Shown here: piece by piece, positions 33,911-47,039 of the stretch
Numbering within the stretch: the first letter of the stretch is position 1
How the letters are laid out: every line of letters begins with the position of its first letter
Source: Oikopleura dioica
Taxonomy: Eukaryota; Animalia; Chordata
Reading direction: 5' to 3'
DNA length: 64,000 nucleotides
Assembly: GCA_907165135.1 (NCBI GenBank)
Contig: OU015567.1
Span: forward strand, 4,960,001-5,024,000
The notes under the pieces: generated by a model
Seen by the model: only the letters and a program-made list of their open reading frames with translations
What the model was told of the DNA's origin: nothing
Database searches by the model: none
Made by a program: the position numbers and the translations under genes

Positions 33911-35417
33911 GAGGGGATATTATTTTACGATCAACGAATAACCTTCAGATTCCCTCTCGTTGTTGAGATGCTCTTATCGATGTCATTTTTATGGTGTTTT
34001 TAGTTTCCTTTATAAAACCGCGAAAAAACTTCTTTGCGCGACCAAAATATTGCATTTTTCTGCTTTCCGATTATTTTTAATTTGTTGGTTTTAACGAAAT
34101 TCCGCGAAAATAACTACAAGAAAAGTCTTTAAAAGGTTCTATGTTCTTTTTGTTGGCCAACGTGAGTGGAACAGATGATATCAGAGGCATTCTCGAGGAC
34201 GCTCTAGAAAAGGGTGTCATTTTTATGTCCAGGAAAGTAAAGTAAACGTTCTCAAGTGCTCGCTGATAAGGAGGAAGCTGTCTTCTAGAGTTTCAGCCTG
34301 GCAGAAATCAAAATAGTACAAAAGGCACTCGTTGATAAAAGGACTGGGCTAAAACAACTGGGCAACGTTGTTAAGGATCTCAATTTTGGCAGCACTCGAC
34401 TTTGTGGCATAATATTTAAGGCTTGTCGAGGGGGCTTGAGCGTTTTCGGGCGGAAAAATGAGTACCTTCAGGTTTTCTCTTGAAAGTAAAATATATATGC
34501 AAATTGCAACATCTTCACTTTTCTCGTTCTTCAAAAAGATAATTTCAAATATTTCAAAAAAAAAATTTTTTTTTCAAAAATTAAGGACCGCCCCTTATCG
34601 ATTGTCGTGAAATTGGCGAAAAGGAGGAAGTTTTTTCTAAAAAACAAGGTTAGGTACACCCTTAATTTTAATTCCCCCTAAATTCATCTTGATGGGGGGA
34701 GTCCTTAAGCGAGAGGGGGGTCCTTAATTTTTATCGGTAAAAGAATGTCTAGAAACTGCTTTTCCTCAGACAACAAAAATTGCGGCACAAGCACAAATTG
34801 ATAAATTGATTCAAAAAGCTGCTTCGTGTATTTAGGTAGTTTAACCAAAAATCACTTCCATTCGCCGTTTTCCAAAATTCTCTAATCTGCGTCGCTTCCT
34901 GATGGCCGGTTTCCCAAACTTCCTGCCTCGCGGCTGCAAATTTGAGTTCCCGTCTTCAAATTATTTTTAAAAAGTACTTTCAAAATCTGAAAAAAAACAA
35001 CTTTGCGAAAAAACGTCTCCAAGAAACCACATGTCCTTTTTTTCGAAAAAACAAGTTCCGAATCGACCAAATTACAAGATTTTTCCTGGCAAAGAAAGAA
35101 ACCGTCAAAACCGAAGTTATTTTGAGACTTCCCACAGGCGCGAAGATTCTTTCTCATAAGGGAGGAACGAGGCTAAGGCGAAAAAATCGTGACGTGAAAG
35201 AATTTTGTAAACATGATTTCAGGGTAAGGCGAATGTCTAAATGATCAAAATGCTGCTTGTCAACAACGATTTTGGTTAATAAACTGGGCATTGGCGGGTC
35301 AAAATGAAATAAAAGAAGGCAAGAAAAAAACTCTTTTTTAAATTTATTATTATTCATTTTTATTTTATCATAATTAAAAAAATTATTTTTTGTACCTTAT
35401 TTTTTAATAATTTAAAA

Positions 35418-35840
35418 TTATGAATGATCTTTTGACTCAGTAAAAAGCTGGTCGTAAGCTGGTGGGGGAGAAGAATCATCTTTTTTAGCATTCTTTTGTT
35501 CAGATTGGGACTCGATCGTAATAGGAGGATCGTCGTATGGATTGGAAATCGACTCTTCAGGATCAACTTGATTACTTTCTTTCTGAGAAAACCAGCAAAA
35601 GTCAGAGCAATCAAGGTCAGAGTCAAAACCAGAGTCCTCTGAAACTTCTGCTTTAAATTCTTCTCTCAAATAAATCAAGGCTATAATACCAACTTTGATT
35701 CGATTGAAATTTTGTTTATCCTGTCGAAAAATATAATTTGAATCGAAATATTCAGTAGCCAAAAAGTAAGACAGCAACGCAACAAATACCAATCGCTATG
35801 TAAGAAAGAATACAAGCGATATTAAAGCCAACATATCCAA
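35418..35840 (-). CDS. Probable single-pass membrane protein with an acidic tail and PPxY motif
   Basis: Hydrophobic segment (IACILSYIAIGICCVAVLLFG) followed by EVSEDSGFDSD...SPPPAYDQLF*. The splice joins are unresolved. Confidence 0.45.
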
Positions 35841-36040
35841 GTCCTATTCAAAATAAAGGTTCAAATTTTGAACGATTTTCGAACCTGGCTCAGGATTGCA
35901 AATTTCGCTCAGTGTCATTATTAACTTTTAATTTCTCTCAAGATCTCTTCAGAGAAAAAGAATCTGAGCTTATCTGCAATAGTTAATTTGACTTCAAACA
36001 TTTTTTAATGGAAATTTATAGTTTTATTCGTTCTCAAATA

Positions 36041-36548
36041 CCATCGTTTTCCATCTTAAGAGCGTTTTTCAGATGACAAGGGTAGACCAAAACGCTCTTA
36101 AGTTGGAAAATTTACGATCAAACTAGGATGATAAAGAGTCATGGGCGGCTCCGGGCAAGAGTGATCTCCCCTCCGAGAGAGGGATGAGGTGCAGGGCCGT
36201 ACTCAGCAGCGCCGGGGTCTATCCGACGATATGACAGTGGGAAAAAAATGATGAATGAAAATGCATAAAATGAACTTTTTCCAAAATTCTAAAAATGCAT
36301 CTGAGGTCATTTTTACCTATTTATGATAAAAAAATTACGATCTTTGAATCAGAGGCTGTGATACCACCAGAAAAGCGTAGAAAAAAATTTTTTTGCATGA
36401 TTTTTCAGGTTGAAATAAACGTTATTCTAATTATTAATTAAAAATTCCTAAAAACGCTCTAAAGTTGGGATTTTTTCAGATAACAAAATTTGGAAAATAT
36501 TGGCAAAAACGCTCTTAAGTTGGGCGCTCTTAAGATGGAAAACCACGG
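36041..36548. mobile_element. Tc1/pogo-like MITE with TA target duplication
   Basis: TA|CCATCGTTTTCCATCTTAAGAGCG ... CGCTCTTAAGATGGAAAACCACGG|TA, with internal AAAACGCTCTTAAGTTGG repeats. Confidence 0.75.
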
Positions 36549-39206
36549 TACTGCATTTGTACATTTGCATTGATTTGATCAGAATGCTTTTTTGGCACAA
36601 ATTTACTGACGACAAAATTCCTCCTGATCCAATTTGATCAATCGTCAATAATAGTATAATACTGTTAGTTGAATTCCTCCTTGGGTTCCTTCTGCGGGAA
36701 ACACTTGTGGCTACAAGCTGGGCGGCATTAATGACCTCATCGTCTTATCAGAGCCGATTTCGCAAATTTTCGCAGAGGGTGGATTCGCACCCGCCAAAAG
36801 CCGATTTCGTTGACCTCACCGACCATGGGAGTAAATATCTTACAAGCAAAGAGGCGGAGGTTTTTCTGGAATAAGACGTGTGAAAAATCCAATCTTCGAC
36901 TCGAAATTCACTCGAAACTGACAACTCGACCTGTGTCAGAACCCTGAGTCAGGGCCAAAAATAGCTTCAATGAAAAGCCGCGTAGCGGCTTTTTTAAAAA
37001 CGAAGCCGCATAGCGGCTTCGCCAAAATAAGGGTCTCAATCCATTTCTTATTCTCGCGAAGCCGCTTTTTTTTTGCCCTGACTCAGTGTTACGCAATAGC
37101 TTCCTCGAGATGAGAAGAAAGAAAAACGCGCTCACCAAAACGAACAACTCTCCGGAGACGGCTCTTCCAGCGATCGAGTTTGAAATTCCGATCGTTAGAT
37201 AGTAGAGCGATAAAGAACCCAGCTAAGAACCCCTCTAAAGTCGCCTTTAGATCTTCTTTGTTCAAAGAAAATTTATTATTATCAACTAAGCACTTATCAA
37301 CTTGTTAGGGGAGGGAATTTCCAGGGCAAACAACGGACACGTAAGAGGGTGATTATTTTTGGAGCAGGCGTTTTCTCCGGATAGAAACTGTATCCTGTAG
37401 ACAGAGGCCAGCGTCAAACTTTGGTCAAGGCATCTTATTGATTTCTAAATCGATCGAGAAAGCCGTCGGAAGTTTCTCCATCAGATGGTTCATAATTTAG
37501 AAATGAAAGAGTAAAATGAAGACAATACGATATGGAGCACTAGGGTTAGAGCGCTGGTCATATCTCATAGAAAGTGATGGACCGAATACCTTATAAGAAA
37601 ATGAATAACTGTTTTCACTGAAAATTACGAATAAAAATGAGAGTCTTTGTTATGATATATTTATTGGTTAGCAGCAAAGTACAAAAAAAAGGTTAGTTAC
37701 AGTAGTAGGAAATTATCATGCGTGCTGCCCCTAATCCTAAACCTAACCCAGGGGGCTAGCATCCCCCCCCCGGGACCCCCCTCCACCGGGGAGTAATTCT
37801 TTTTTTGATTTTTCAAGATTATTTGATAATATAACTTTTTTACTTCACCAAATTACATAAAGATTTACATACATAAAAAATAATTATGTATGATGACGTA
37901 TTATTAATAATAAACCAAGAAAGACTTATTCCTCTTTCATAGGTTGAATTTGGATTTGAGCAATTTCATGATCTCTTTTAAATGTTCAACCAAGGGTCTG
38001 GATTTAAGGCCTGTTTCAATATCTGAGGAAAAATTATAGAAAAAGATGGTTTCTTTATCTGAAAAGTGATGACTGAAATTAGGATTCTTCGAAATCGTGT
38101 CATGAATCATGATTATGTCAAGTAAGCGCTTTTGAAAACTCCCTTTCTATGATTTCGCCCCGGTTTATTGAATTTCCCACCGGGTATGCTAAATTTCCGT
38201 TACAAGGTTACTGTTTCCGACAGTGTCTATCCACGTGGTTTTAAAATTGAGCTTTATGCTCCACGAGCTTTATCGGAACTCGCCAATTATGCTTCACGCC
38301 GGGGACCGTGATGATCCGGCCGAGTTCTCAAAAGATTTGTCAACGGATTTGGGAACTTGATTTTTGAGAAAATTTTAACTCACGTTTAACTGGAAATTTC
38401 AGCGTCTAAGAGAAGTACTAGATCAGCAAACATGCTCTCTAAAAGGTTTCCTAACTCTGGATAGTTTAATCGCTACAAAGCCCTCTTTAGGGGACTCCTA
38501 TCTTTAGATATCATCCCAAAGCTCCTTAAATAATTTGTAGACTCTGCATCGCAGACGTCATCTGAAAAAAAAAGGGCCAACTAGCAAATCAGGAGCCAGA
38601 TTCTTTTCTATAATCCAATCAGAAGCAAGCATGAGGTGGCGTCAGGAATCGACGAAAAATTCTGACAGCCTTAGCGTAGGCGGCTACTCGGCTGCTGATC
38701 GGCTTTTCAAACAAATCCAGGCTTCTGATTGGTTGAAAATTACCACGCAAAATTTTTCGAATTTCGGTTCCCGTTTTCATTCTAAAACGATAAAACTATG
38801 TTCTCAATTTTTCCGAAAGAACAAACCAACCGCAAGCTGAAAATTACAGTACGTCCCCTTCCTGAGCCACGTTAAATCCGTACTCACTCGTTTCAAATGT
38901 CTTGCCACAAAAGTACTGTTTATTTTTCCGCTCGCTACAAAAATATGCGCACTCGAGTACCCAAATCAATCTTCAATCGAAATAAAAAATCTTCAAAGTT
39001 GATGACAGGTGGTTTCTCATCCTTCTTTTGAACGGGATAAAATTTTCACGCCCAGCTTTGAATTTCAGCAGGTTATCAGGTGATAGTGATCTTCAAGGTG
39101 ATTTGCAGGTTGCCAGGTTTTTTCTTGTTAAAAGCGGCTACTGGTGAGTTTTTCCCCAAAAATTTTTTTGAAATTTTTTATAGAGTTTTCGATTTTTTCG
39201 AAAATA

Positions 39207-39455
39207 ATGATGTCAAAGATCGAAATTGAAAATTTTTACAAGACGACTTTGAGCTCCATTTCAGAAGCAAGAAAAATTCGCGAGAAAAAACTCAACTCTT
39301 CAAGAAGAAAATTTTTCAAAACGAAAAGAAAGCTTCAGTGCATCTTGGAGTACAAAATCCGCCAAGACATTTATAAAAACAAATTTCTTTTGCCAAGTCA
39401 AGTTTTTCTCAAAATCATTGACTTGGTAACTGGCACTACTGAAACTCCTGTATAG
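39207..39455 (+). CDS. Possible small basic protein
   Basis: 82-aa ORF MMSKIEIENFYK... with an AAAATA-ATG context. No recognisable motif. Confidence 0.3.
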   Translation: MMSKIEIENFYKTTLSSISEARKIREKKLNSSRRKFFKTKRKLQCILEYKIRQDIYKNKFLLPSQVFLKIIDLVTGTTETPV

Positions 39456-41598
39456 AAAAAAATTTAAAATAAAAACTTGGCAATTTTTTCTGCTTGAATT
39501 TTTTGGATGGACACTTACTTGAGTCCCACCTGCTCGACTCAGTTTTCTTGCGGTTTTTAATTCAACTCCTACTTGAAAAAAAGCGTCATCCTTTTTTCGT
39601 CGCGAAATTAAAAAGATTAGAATTCCCTCTTTTTCAACCCTGGTCAATCTGCCAGCTGAGGTTGAGGGCTCAACCCCAGTCCCGCACCCCAGAAGGGGGA
39701 AAATATGGAATCAACAAAACCAAAATCGTGTTCCGGCCACGATTCATTTCCAGAAGGCATCATGAGTAAATCAACTCTTTTTTCGGATGTTAACAGGAAA
39801 AACGAACTTGAAATCCTTTTTTATTGGCTGATTGGCACAAAAAAGACATCTGATTAGCTCTTATCATTCAATTCAGATTTTTTTCTTCGAAAATCGAGAA
39901 GCCGCTCGCGGCTTCGAGTTAATCAAAATCAAAGCCGCGCATTTGGCGGCTTTTTCTTTGCCTAAGAAAGAAGCCGCAAACAGTTTCTAGATTTTCGAAG
40001 CAAAAAATCTAAATTGAAGGATAAGAGCCAATCAAAAGTCTTTATTGTGCAAATCTGCCAATAAGAAAGCCGCCAAAAGCGCGGCTAATATTCTTTGTCC
40101 GCTAGAAAAGCTCTGAATTCCTTCAAAGCATTTATTCAAATAAATCAAATCTAGCGTGACAATGTCGCTCCGAAATCGCATCACTGCTCGTTGCTAAAAC
40201 AATTTGTCTTGATAAAACCTGACCGGCGAGAAATGTTCCAAAAATCACTTTCAGCCCTTTTTTCTCACGTTTTTGCCATTTTCGATGATTGTGCGATTAA
40301 TAATTATCCGATTCAGTGATAGCTCGTTTTTCTTCTCAGTTACGGAAATTTGCTTCAAGAACATAATTTCTTGAGAAAATTTTCTTGTAAAATTCAAGAG
40401 TAATTTCGAATTAATTTCAGCGGCGGAAAAATCGGTGTTTGCGGTGGTGGCGAATTTCCTTTGAATAAACATGGATTGGTTATTCTAGCGCTCATTTCCG
40501 TACAAGACGAATTACAAGACCGTTACATTCATCAAGCAACAGTGATAAGGAATGATAAGCGCTTCGCTTCGATCAAAAACACGTAGCACTTGTCTGACAG
40601 ACATGACGCTAGAATTTCTTGAGCAAAAAGTCTTTCGGGCTTGGAAGAAAATTTTATGCAAAAAAAGGGGCGAGAAGGTTTCTAAAATTTTGATTCGAAA
40701 AGTCACTTGATTTCATTTTCGCTGAATCAACAGAAAATGGAGCCGTCCTGAGAGTTTCGCAATTTGCTTCTTTTAACCTGCGCGTACCTGCGGTAAGTAC
40801 CGAGGGAAAACTTTCCAGCGCTTATATAATTTGATATTGAAATGCGATAAAAATAAATTTTATCATTTTTTTACGTATAACTTCGTTCAAATTGTATACC
40901 TTAGCCGTCATGCATTTCCTCGAAGATCAAAAATGAGAGATTTTGGCGGGAAATATCAACATAATTTCAGGGTTCAGACTGCTCCTTAAATATTGGCAGT
41001 AATATTTGGTGAAAAAGATACGTTCTCTTATTTACTCGACAAAAAGTCGCTAATAGCTATTATAACTGAAGAGTTCCGGTCCTTCTGGTTTCGTTCAAAA
41101 AATATAAGTCTTGGCCAATTTGTCTCTTCTTTTCGGCGTTTTTTTTTTTTGAAATTCTCAATTATTCTGGCCAAGAGGATCCGATCAAATGGAGGCACGT
41201 TCGTAAGAGCACGTGATTTCTGTAATTTACGGAATCGAGCATATTCAGGAGCTGCCCTAAATCCGCTTCTTAAATTTGAGGGAAGCGGCGGAATTCTGAG
41301 CTGACAGAACCGTTTTCTAGATAATCGGCATTGTCAATTTATGGCACTCGACGAAAACAAACTTTTCACTGGAATACCGATTCGACCATTCTTCTAGCTC
41401 TTTTTCAATAGTTTTTCAATGATAAGAGTCTTGAGCCAAAATTTTATGCTTAAATTTTTCGGCTCAAATTTTTGGCTCAAGTTTTAGGCTCAAAATTTCG
41501 GCTAAAATTTTTGGCTAAAATTTTTGGCTCAAATTTTGGCCCAAAAGATTTAAAATATATTTTTTTTATTTTCAATTAATATACAGTATTTTTCTGAT

Positions 41599-44500
41599 TC
41601 AAACTTCATCATCATCTTCTTTCCCTGTGAAAGCCAAGGATTTTCTTCTATAATCCGATTTCTCGTCCAAATTGCGCATGTCCAGCAGCTCAAGTTTATC
41701 CAGGCATATAAATTTCGTTCGAAAATCCAAAGCGAACGCGAAGCGAAAGCGAAAAATTTTTCCAGCCAAAAAGCGAAGCGAAAGCGAAGCGAACGCCTAT
41801 CTTGCAAAGCGAAGCGAAAGCGAATTCGCCAAGCGAAAAATTCGCCAAAAGCGAAAAATTCGCCAAAAGCGAAAATTCGCCAAGACTGAAAATTCGCCAA
41901 GAGTGAAAATTCGCCAAAAGCGAAAATTCGCCAAAAGAGAAAATTCGCCGAAAGCGAAAATTCGCCAAAAGCGAAAATTCGCCAAAAGCGAAAATTCGCC
42001 GAAAGCGAAATTTTGCCGAAATTGAAAGATATCGAAAGAAATTTGAATAAAACGCGATCTAATAAGATGAAACTTTGACCCATTTTTCTAACTTAGTATA
42101 ATAATTATGACACAGTTTTGGAACACCCAGAAGCTGAGCTTTCGTTTGAGCTTGATAAGGGATACCCATCAAAATGAAAGCTCAGTTTCTGGGCTTTCTA
42201 AACCGAGAATTTTTGAAGGCCCAGACTCTGGCAGTCATTTTGAGCTCTAGAAAAGTAGGACGGGGGTGGGATATCTGGGAAGCTAGGGGCTCTTCAAGTT
42301 AGGGAACTCGACCAAAATTGAGTACTTTTTCCCAAAAAGTACACGATTTGAATTCTTTTAATCGACATTTATTCATTCATAAGTGTTTATAATGTCGTTT
42401 GGGGTCAACTAAGGTCATTTAGGTCAAGAATAATTGAAAATTCAGAAAAGTCAAAATGACAGCCAGAGCCTGAGCTAAAATCGAGTATAGGTAGCAGCCC
42501 CTAAAAGTCTTAGTCTTTCAAAAATTCCCATTTCCGAAGTTGGCCAGATTTTGGGACTTCCGAGATGGGGTCGGCAAAAATGGTGGAAATGGTGGGTGGG
42601 TGGATGGTGGGTGAGTGGTGGTGGGCAACCCATCCACCACCCTCAAAAATCTGAAATGGTGGGAAGTGGTGGGAAAGATTTTTCGGGCAAACTTTTTTGG
42701 CGAAATCTTTCAAAAAGATCACTTCTCTATCTAAAATGACTTTACCTCTACTTCGTTTTCCTTTTGTTGGTTAAAGATGACCGAAGAATCGGTGTTATCA
42801 ACTCCTATTCAGAATAGGCTATTCTATGAATTTTGGGGTCAGAAAAACGCTTACGAAAAAAATCCACCACCCACCCGCCATTCACCCACCACCGCTACCT
42901 TAAAGTACCCACCACCACCCACCCCCACCAGTGAAAATTTGATTTTCTTGACAACCCACCCACCTCCACCAACGGCTGGTGACCAACCATCGCTTGGTGG
43001 CTTGCCGACCCCAGCTTCGGACACGGTTCTAAATCGACTAGTCGAGTTTCTACTAAAGTCGAAGTCGAAATCTAGCCGAAAAAGTCGAAAATAATCACTA
43101 TTTTGCTTTCGACTTTTCGACTTTTCGTTCGACTTTTGACTAAATTTCGACTTTTCGACTAATTTGCGACTTTTTCGACTAAATTTATATATTTTTTCCA
43201 GTTTTTCGACTTTTCGACTAATAAGTCGATTAAGTCGACTCGACTCGATTCGACTCGACTCGACATTGGATTTTCAGATAGCCTTTCGACTCGACTCGAC
43301 TCGACTTCTGATTTTCAGCTCAGATTTGGAACCCTGGCTTCCTAAATGCCCTCAGATCACCCCCACCTATCAGAAGCCAAATGATCCCCAGCTTCACGGT
43401 GTTCTAAAACTGTATTAACCCTACTAAGTTAGAAAAGGAGCTCAATTATAAGTGATTTCCCCTATTTATACCGCGATATTATTAAGACGAAAAAGTAAGA
43501 TTCGGCAAAATATTGGCGAAAGCTGGGGTCGGCAAAAAATGGTGGAAGTGGTGGGTGGGTGGGTGGTGGGTGGGTGGTGGTGGGCTTCCCACCCACCACC
43601 ACCCACCATCACAATTCTTCAAAATTAGAAAATGGTGGGAAATGGTGGGGTTTTTTTTGGCCGAAAATTTTGGGAGCCCCAAGTCAAAATTTTGTTCTTG
43701 AACAGTTGTTTACTTATTAGAGCATTTTGAAAATAAATTGTTCTAGATGAGCAGAATCACTGTTATTGTCATCAATTAGTACTAGAATTTGTTAAACATG
43801 GCGTCAGCGCCTAAAAAATCAAAAATTGACGTTGAAGCAAAAGTCATAGAGAAAATAAGGAACAATGATGGCGTTTGGGCAAAATGCACGCATCCTCCAG
43901 TGGTCGAGTACTGTCGACAGATGAATCATCCTTGATTTTTGGAATTTTTCGACGATTCTAAATCCACAGGTTTTTTAAAATGTGGCAGATCTAAATGTGG
44001 ACACAACAAACCAAAACCAGTACGTTTATTTTTTTTAATTCTCGCTTTTGGGGGCCCCAATAAGAAAAGATTTAGTTTTTTAATGTCCGAAAAAAAGAAT
44101 GCTTGTACTACAGACGTGATTGGGAAAACCACGTCAAAAACTGCCGAGAAGTTCCGACAATATCAATCCAAGACAAGGTGGCCAACAGAAATTGCTACTC
44201 TTCTAAACAATTGGATGTGATAACGACTCAGCAGGCGCTTTTGACGGCTGTTACCTCTGCAACCCTTGATTTTTGGTCAAAATCCGAATTACTACCATTG
44301 TACAAGGCAGTAATTTGCCCTCTTGGAGGTACCGAGGCATCAGCAGAAGCCTTGATTACTGATGCGAGATGGATCGGACGCAAGCTCGACGAGTTAAACA
44401 GTGAGCTAGAAGCTCTATTTATAAAGAAAGGTACTTTTTTATTTTTTTGAAAAATAATTTTGGGAATCCCAAAAATTCTTGGGGCCCCAAGGTTAATTGG

Positions 44501-46046
44501 GAGCCCCAAAAATATTGGGGACCCCAAATAATATTGGGAATCCCAAATAACAAATATAAATAGCCCCGATACTCGCGAGAAATGGCCAACTTACGTGCTT
44601 AATCGACCATCAAGTTCAAAATCGTGGACCAAAAGAAGAGTGTGGAAAGTATTTGGGGATAATGATTGTTATTCTCGATATTCTGAAATATGAGAAGATA
44701 CCTTTGATGATCGGCTTTGAGCCCATTGAAACAAGCGCAAGTTTGGAAAATCTAGATCCTGTTCGTAGAATTCTCGAGGTAAATTATTTTTAAAGGATTT
44801 TCAAAGACAAGTCATTATATATTCAGCAATATAATTTGAAAAATGCAGTCGAAGAAGGCCACGTGGAAGTTTGTACTGACTCAGCTAGAGACGCTGTTCT
44901 TCTTGCCAAAAAACTCTCCCCTCTTGGAAACACCTCACAATGCTCGGCCCATGGCGTTATGCGAACTCGCGAAAGCGAAAGCGAACTCTTGGCGAAAGCG
45001 AGAATTCGGCGAAATTTTGGCGAAAGCAAACTTCTGGCGAAAGCGAGGCCTTGGCGAAAGCGAAATTTTGGCGAAGATTTGCCGAAAGCGAAAATTTGGC
45101 GAAAGCGAGGCCTCGGCGAAAGCGAATTTTTGGCGAAAATCGGGGACAAAAAGCGAAAGCAAAGCGAAAATCAGGAGTGTCATTTTCGGGGGGCGAAAGC
45201 GAAATTTTCTATTCGCCTTCGCTTCGCTTTCGCTTTTGGCGAAAATCGCCAAGCGAATTTATATGCCTGAGTTTATCCTTTCCCCAAATTTGGTGAACAA
45301 GTTCTCGTTCGTCTGCGCCTTCGTCAATAAATTCTTGGGCGAGCTTTTTCATAAATCTTGAGCTCTTTTTTCTGAAAGCAACAGATTAACGATCAATAAA
45401 ACAGCAAAAGAATGACTTACTTATTGACATTAAGAAGCCGCCAGGCAGGTGGGTCCTTAACCCATTCCGATGTGTTATCCCGTTGCAGCGCAGGAATAAC
45501 ATTGAAGAAAATCAGCAAAGCAACTTATGATTTTTTTGAGAAAAAAACAAAAATGAAGGATTCTTACCCAAGGAGAAAATAAACCCAATAGCCGCTACGG
45601 CCATCAAGCTCGTTTCTTGCGCATCAGTTCCTGTCACTTCCCCTCTTTCGCCTAAGGATATATTTTTTAATGGTTGATTCTCTTTGTTCATGTGTTGAAA
45701 ACCTGAGTCAGGGTCTGAAAGATCATTTATCAAAAGTTCTCAGATCCTGACTCAGGGTTTCAGATCCTGACTAAGGTTTCAGATCCTGAGTCAGGTTTTC
45801 AGATCCTGACTCAGGGTTACAGATCCTGAGTCAGGGTTTCAGATCCTGACTCAGGGTTACAGATCCTGAATCAGGTTTTTGAATCATCTAAAAATCAAGC
45901 CATTTTCTCTCACCTGAATTTGCGTTATTATTGGCATTTGAAGTAGTACTGCCGCCAGAACTACTCTTCCTCGCATTTGCGGTTTCCAAGCAGACCAAGC
46001 TCAAAATTAAAAAAAGTTCCAAAAGAACATTTTCTCTAAAACTCAT
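41599..46046 (-). CDS. Type I membrane protein (~180 aa) whose last exon is split by a 3.57-kb hAT element
   Basis: Exons 46046-45914, 45681-45568, 45523-45421 and 45371-45270 + 41692-41599, with GT-AG introns. Signal peptide and TM (LMAVAAIGFIFSLVALLIFFNVI). Removing the element and one TSD gives ...HQIWGKDKLELLDMRNLDEK...DDDEV*. Confidence 0.85.
42565..43014. mobile_element. Nested hAT-like MITE with CCACC/GGTGG repeats
   Basis: TIR (A/C)TGGGGTCGGCAA; degenerate 8-bp TSD CTTCCGAG/CTTCGGAC. A second partial copy lies at ~43525-43690. Confidence 0.7.
43022..43336. mobile_element. Nested hAT-like MITE with TCGAC repeats
   Basis: TIR CA(C/G)GGTTC; degenerate TSD GCTTCGGA/GCTTCCTA; interior arrays of GTCGA and TCGAC. 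Confidence 0.65.
43798..44965 (+). pseudogene. hAT transposase, 5' half, with a premature TGA and truncated after the CxxH motif
   Basis: Exons 43798-44019, 44076-44430, 44564-44778 and 44827-~44965. BED-like finger (CGRSKC...HVKNC); LTCLIDH...YLGIMIVILD; VCTDSA; CSAH. TGA at 43933-43935. The frame runs directly into the right subterminal repeats. Confidence 0.85.
45700..45880. repeat. 20-bp tandem array TCAGATCCTGA(C/G)TCAGGGTT derived from MITE family A
   Basis: About 7-8 units, each with a CCTGA(C/G)TCAGG palindrome. Intronic. Confidence 0.88.
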
Positions 46047-47039
46047 CTTCTTGAGCACTTACACGTTGTCTAAAATTGCGAAACATAAAAAAAGATAACT
46101 CGCAATCAGAGTTGAGCCGCGATATCGTTAAAACGCAGGCAATAAATTCAGAATGCGCTTTCTTTCATTCTCACACTTGATTCTTTTTTGAGACTGATTT
46201 CAAGTTCTGGAGCTGCGTAAAAATCCTGAGTCAGGGTTCTGAATGATTATGATGACTAATGAAAATCCGCGAAGATTCAAATGGCTATTCGGCCGGCTTG
46301 CGGCTTCGATTTGAAAAAGCCGCTACGCGGCTTTTCATTTAAGATCTTCAAGACCTGACTCAGGTTTTCAACGCAGGATTTCGAGCCGAAATTCGAAGAA
46401 AAAGCGTTGCGGAGACTTGACTAACCGTCAGTAATGCTATGTTTCTGACAAAATATTAATTATCAATTATAACTGCCAGAAAAAATTCTTTACCCCACGT
46501 GGCCAAGAAGAAGCTTTTCCAGAAAAAGCGCGGTATAAGTTTTACGGGCTGTTTTTGTTGTGACACGAATTTTTATGATTTTGTCTCAAAGTCGCGATAT
46601 CAAAATGATGACAGGCGAGAAAGAAGAAAAGAGACACTGTCTGGGATCAGCAACCTGTAAAGAAAACCTGAGTCAGGAATTAAGAAAATTGAGATGAAAA
46701 GCCGCGCAGCGGCTTTTTTGAAAACGAAGTCGCAAAACACTCTTCGAAAAATTCTGGCAAAGCCGCTTTGCGGCTTCGGTTTCAAAACAAGCTGCTGCGC
46801 GGCTTTTCATATCAGTTCTTTCAGACCCTGACTCAAATTTTCTACCCTGATTGTTGAGCCCAGGATATCGTTTTCTCGGTATATTTTGACTTGTTGATGG
46901 TTCTAAGGAATGAAAAAAAACTTGCTTGAATTCGACCATAATCGAGTGACGGATTGACCAAAAATTAAGAGCATTTGTCTTGTTGACGCCTTCTCGCGAA
47001 ATCCTGAAAAGCTGCGAGGTTATCCGTTTTTCTGGGGAG

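Larger units (their letters stand above)
41701..45269. mobile_element. Internally deleted hAT transposon carrying a transposase remnant
   Basis: 14-bp TIR CAGGCATATAAATT; exact 8-bp TSD AGTTTATC (41693-41700 and 45270-45277); GCGAA-rich ~17-bp subterminal arrays at both ends. Confidence 0.95.

Noticed and set aside
37900-38400. Exon-like segments with splice-like ends
   Set aside because: All frames are interrupted by stops and no motif is recognisable. No gene model could be supported.
41550-42083. Overlapping ORFs with FRFWRIFAFGEFSLLAN or AKRKIRQKRK repeats (also 44823-45361 and 47304-47663)
   Set aside because: They are translations of the ~17-bp subterminal arrays, open in several frames at once.
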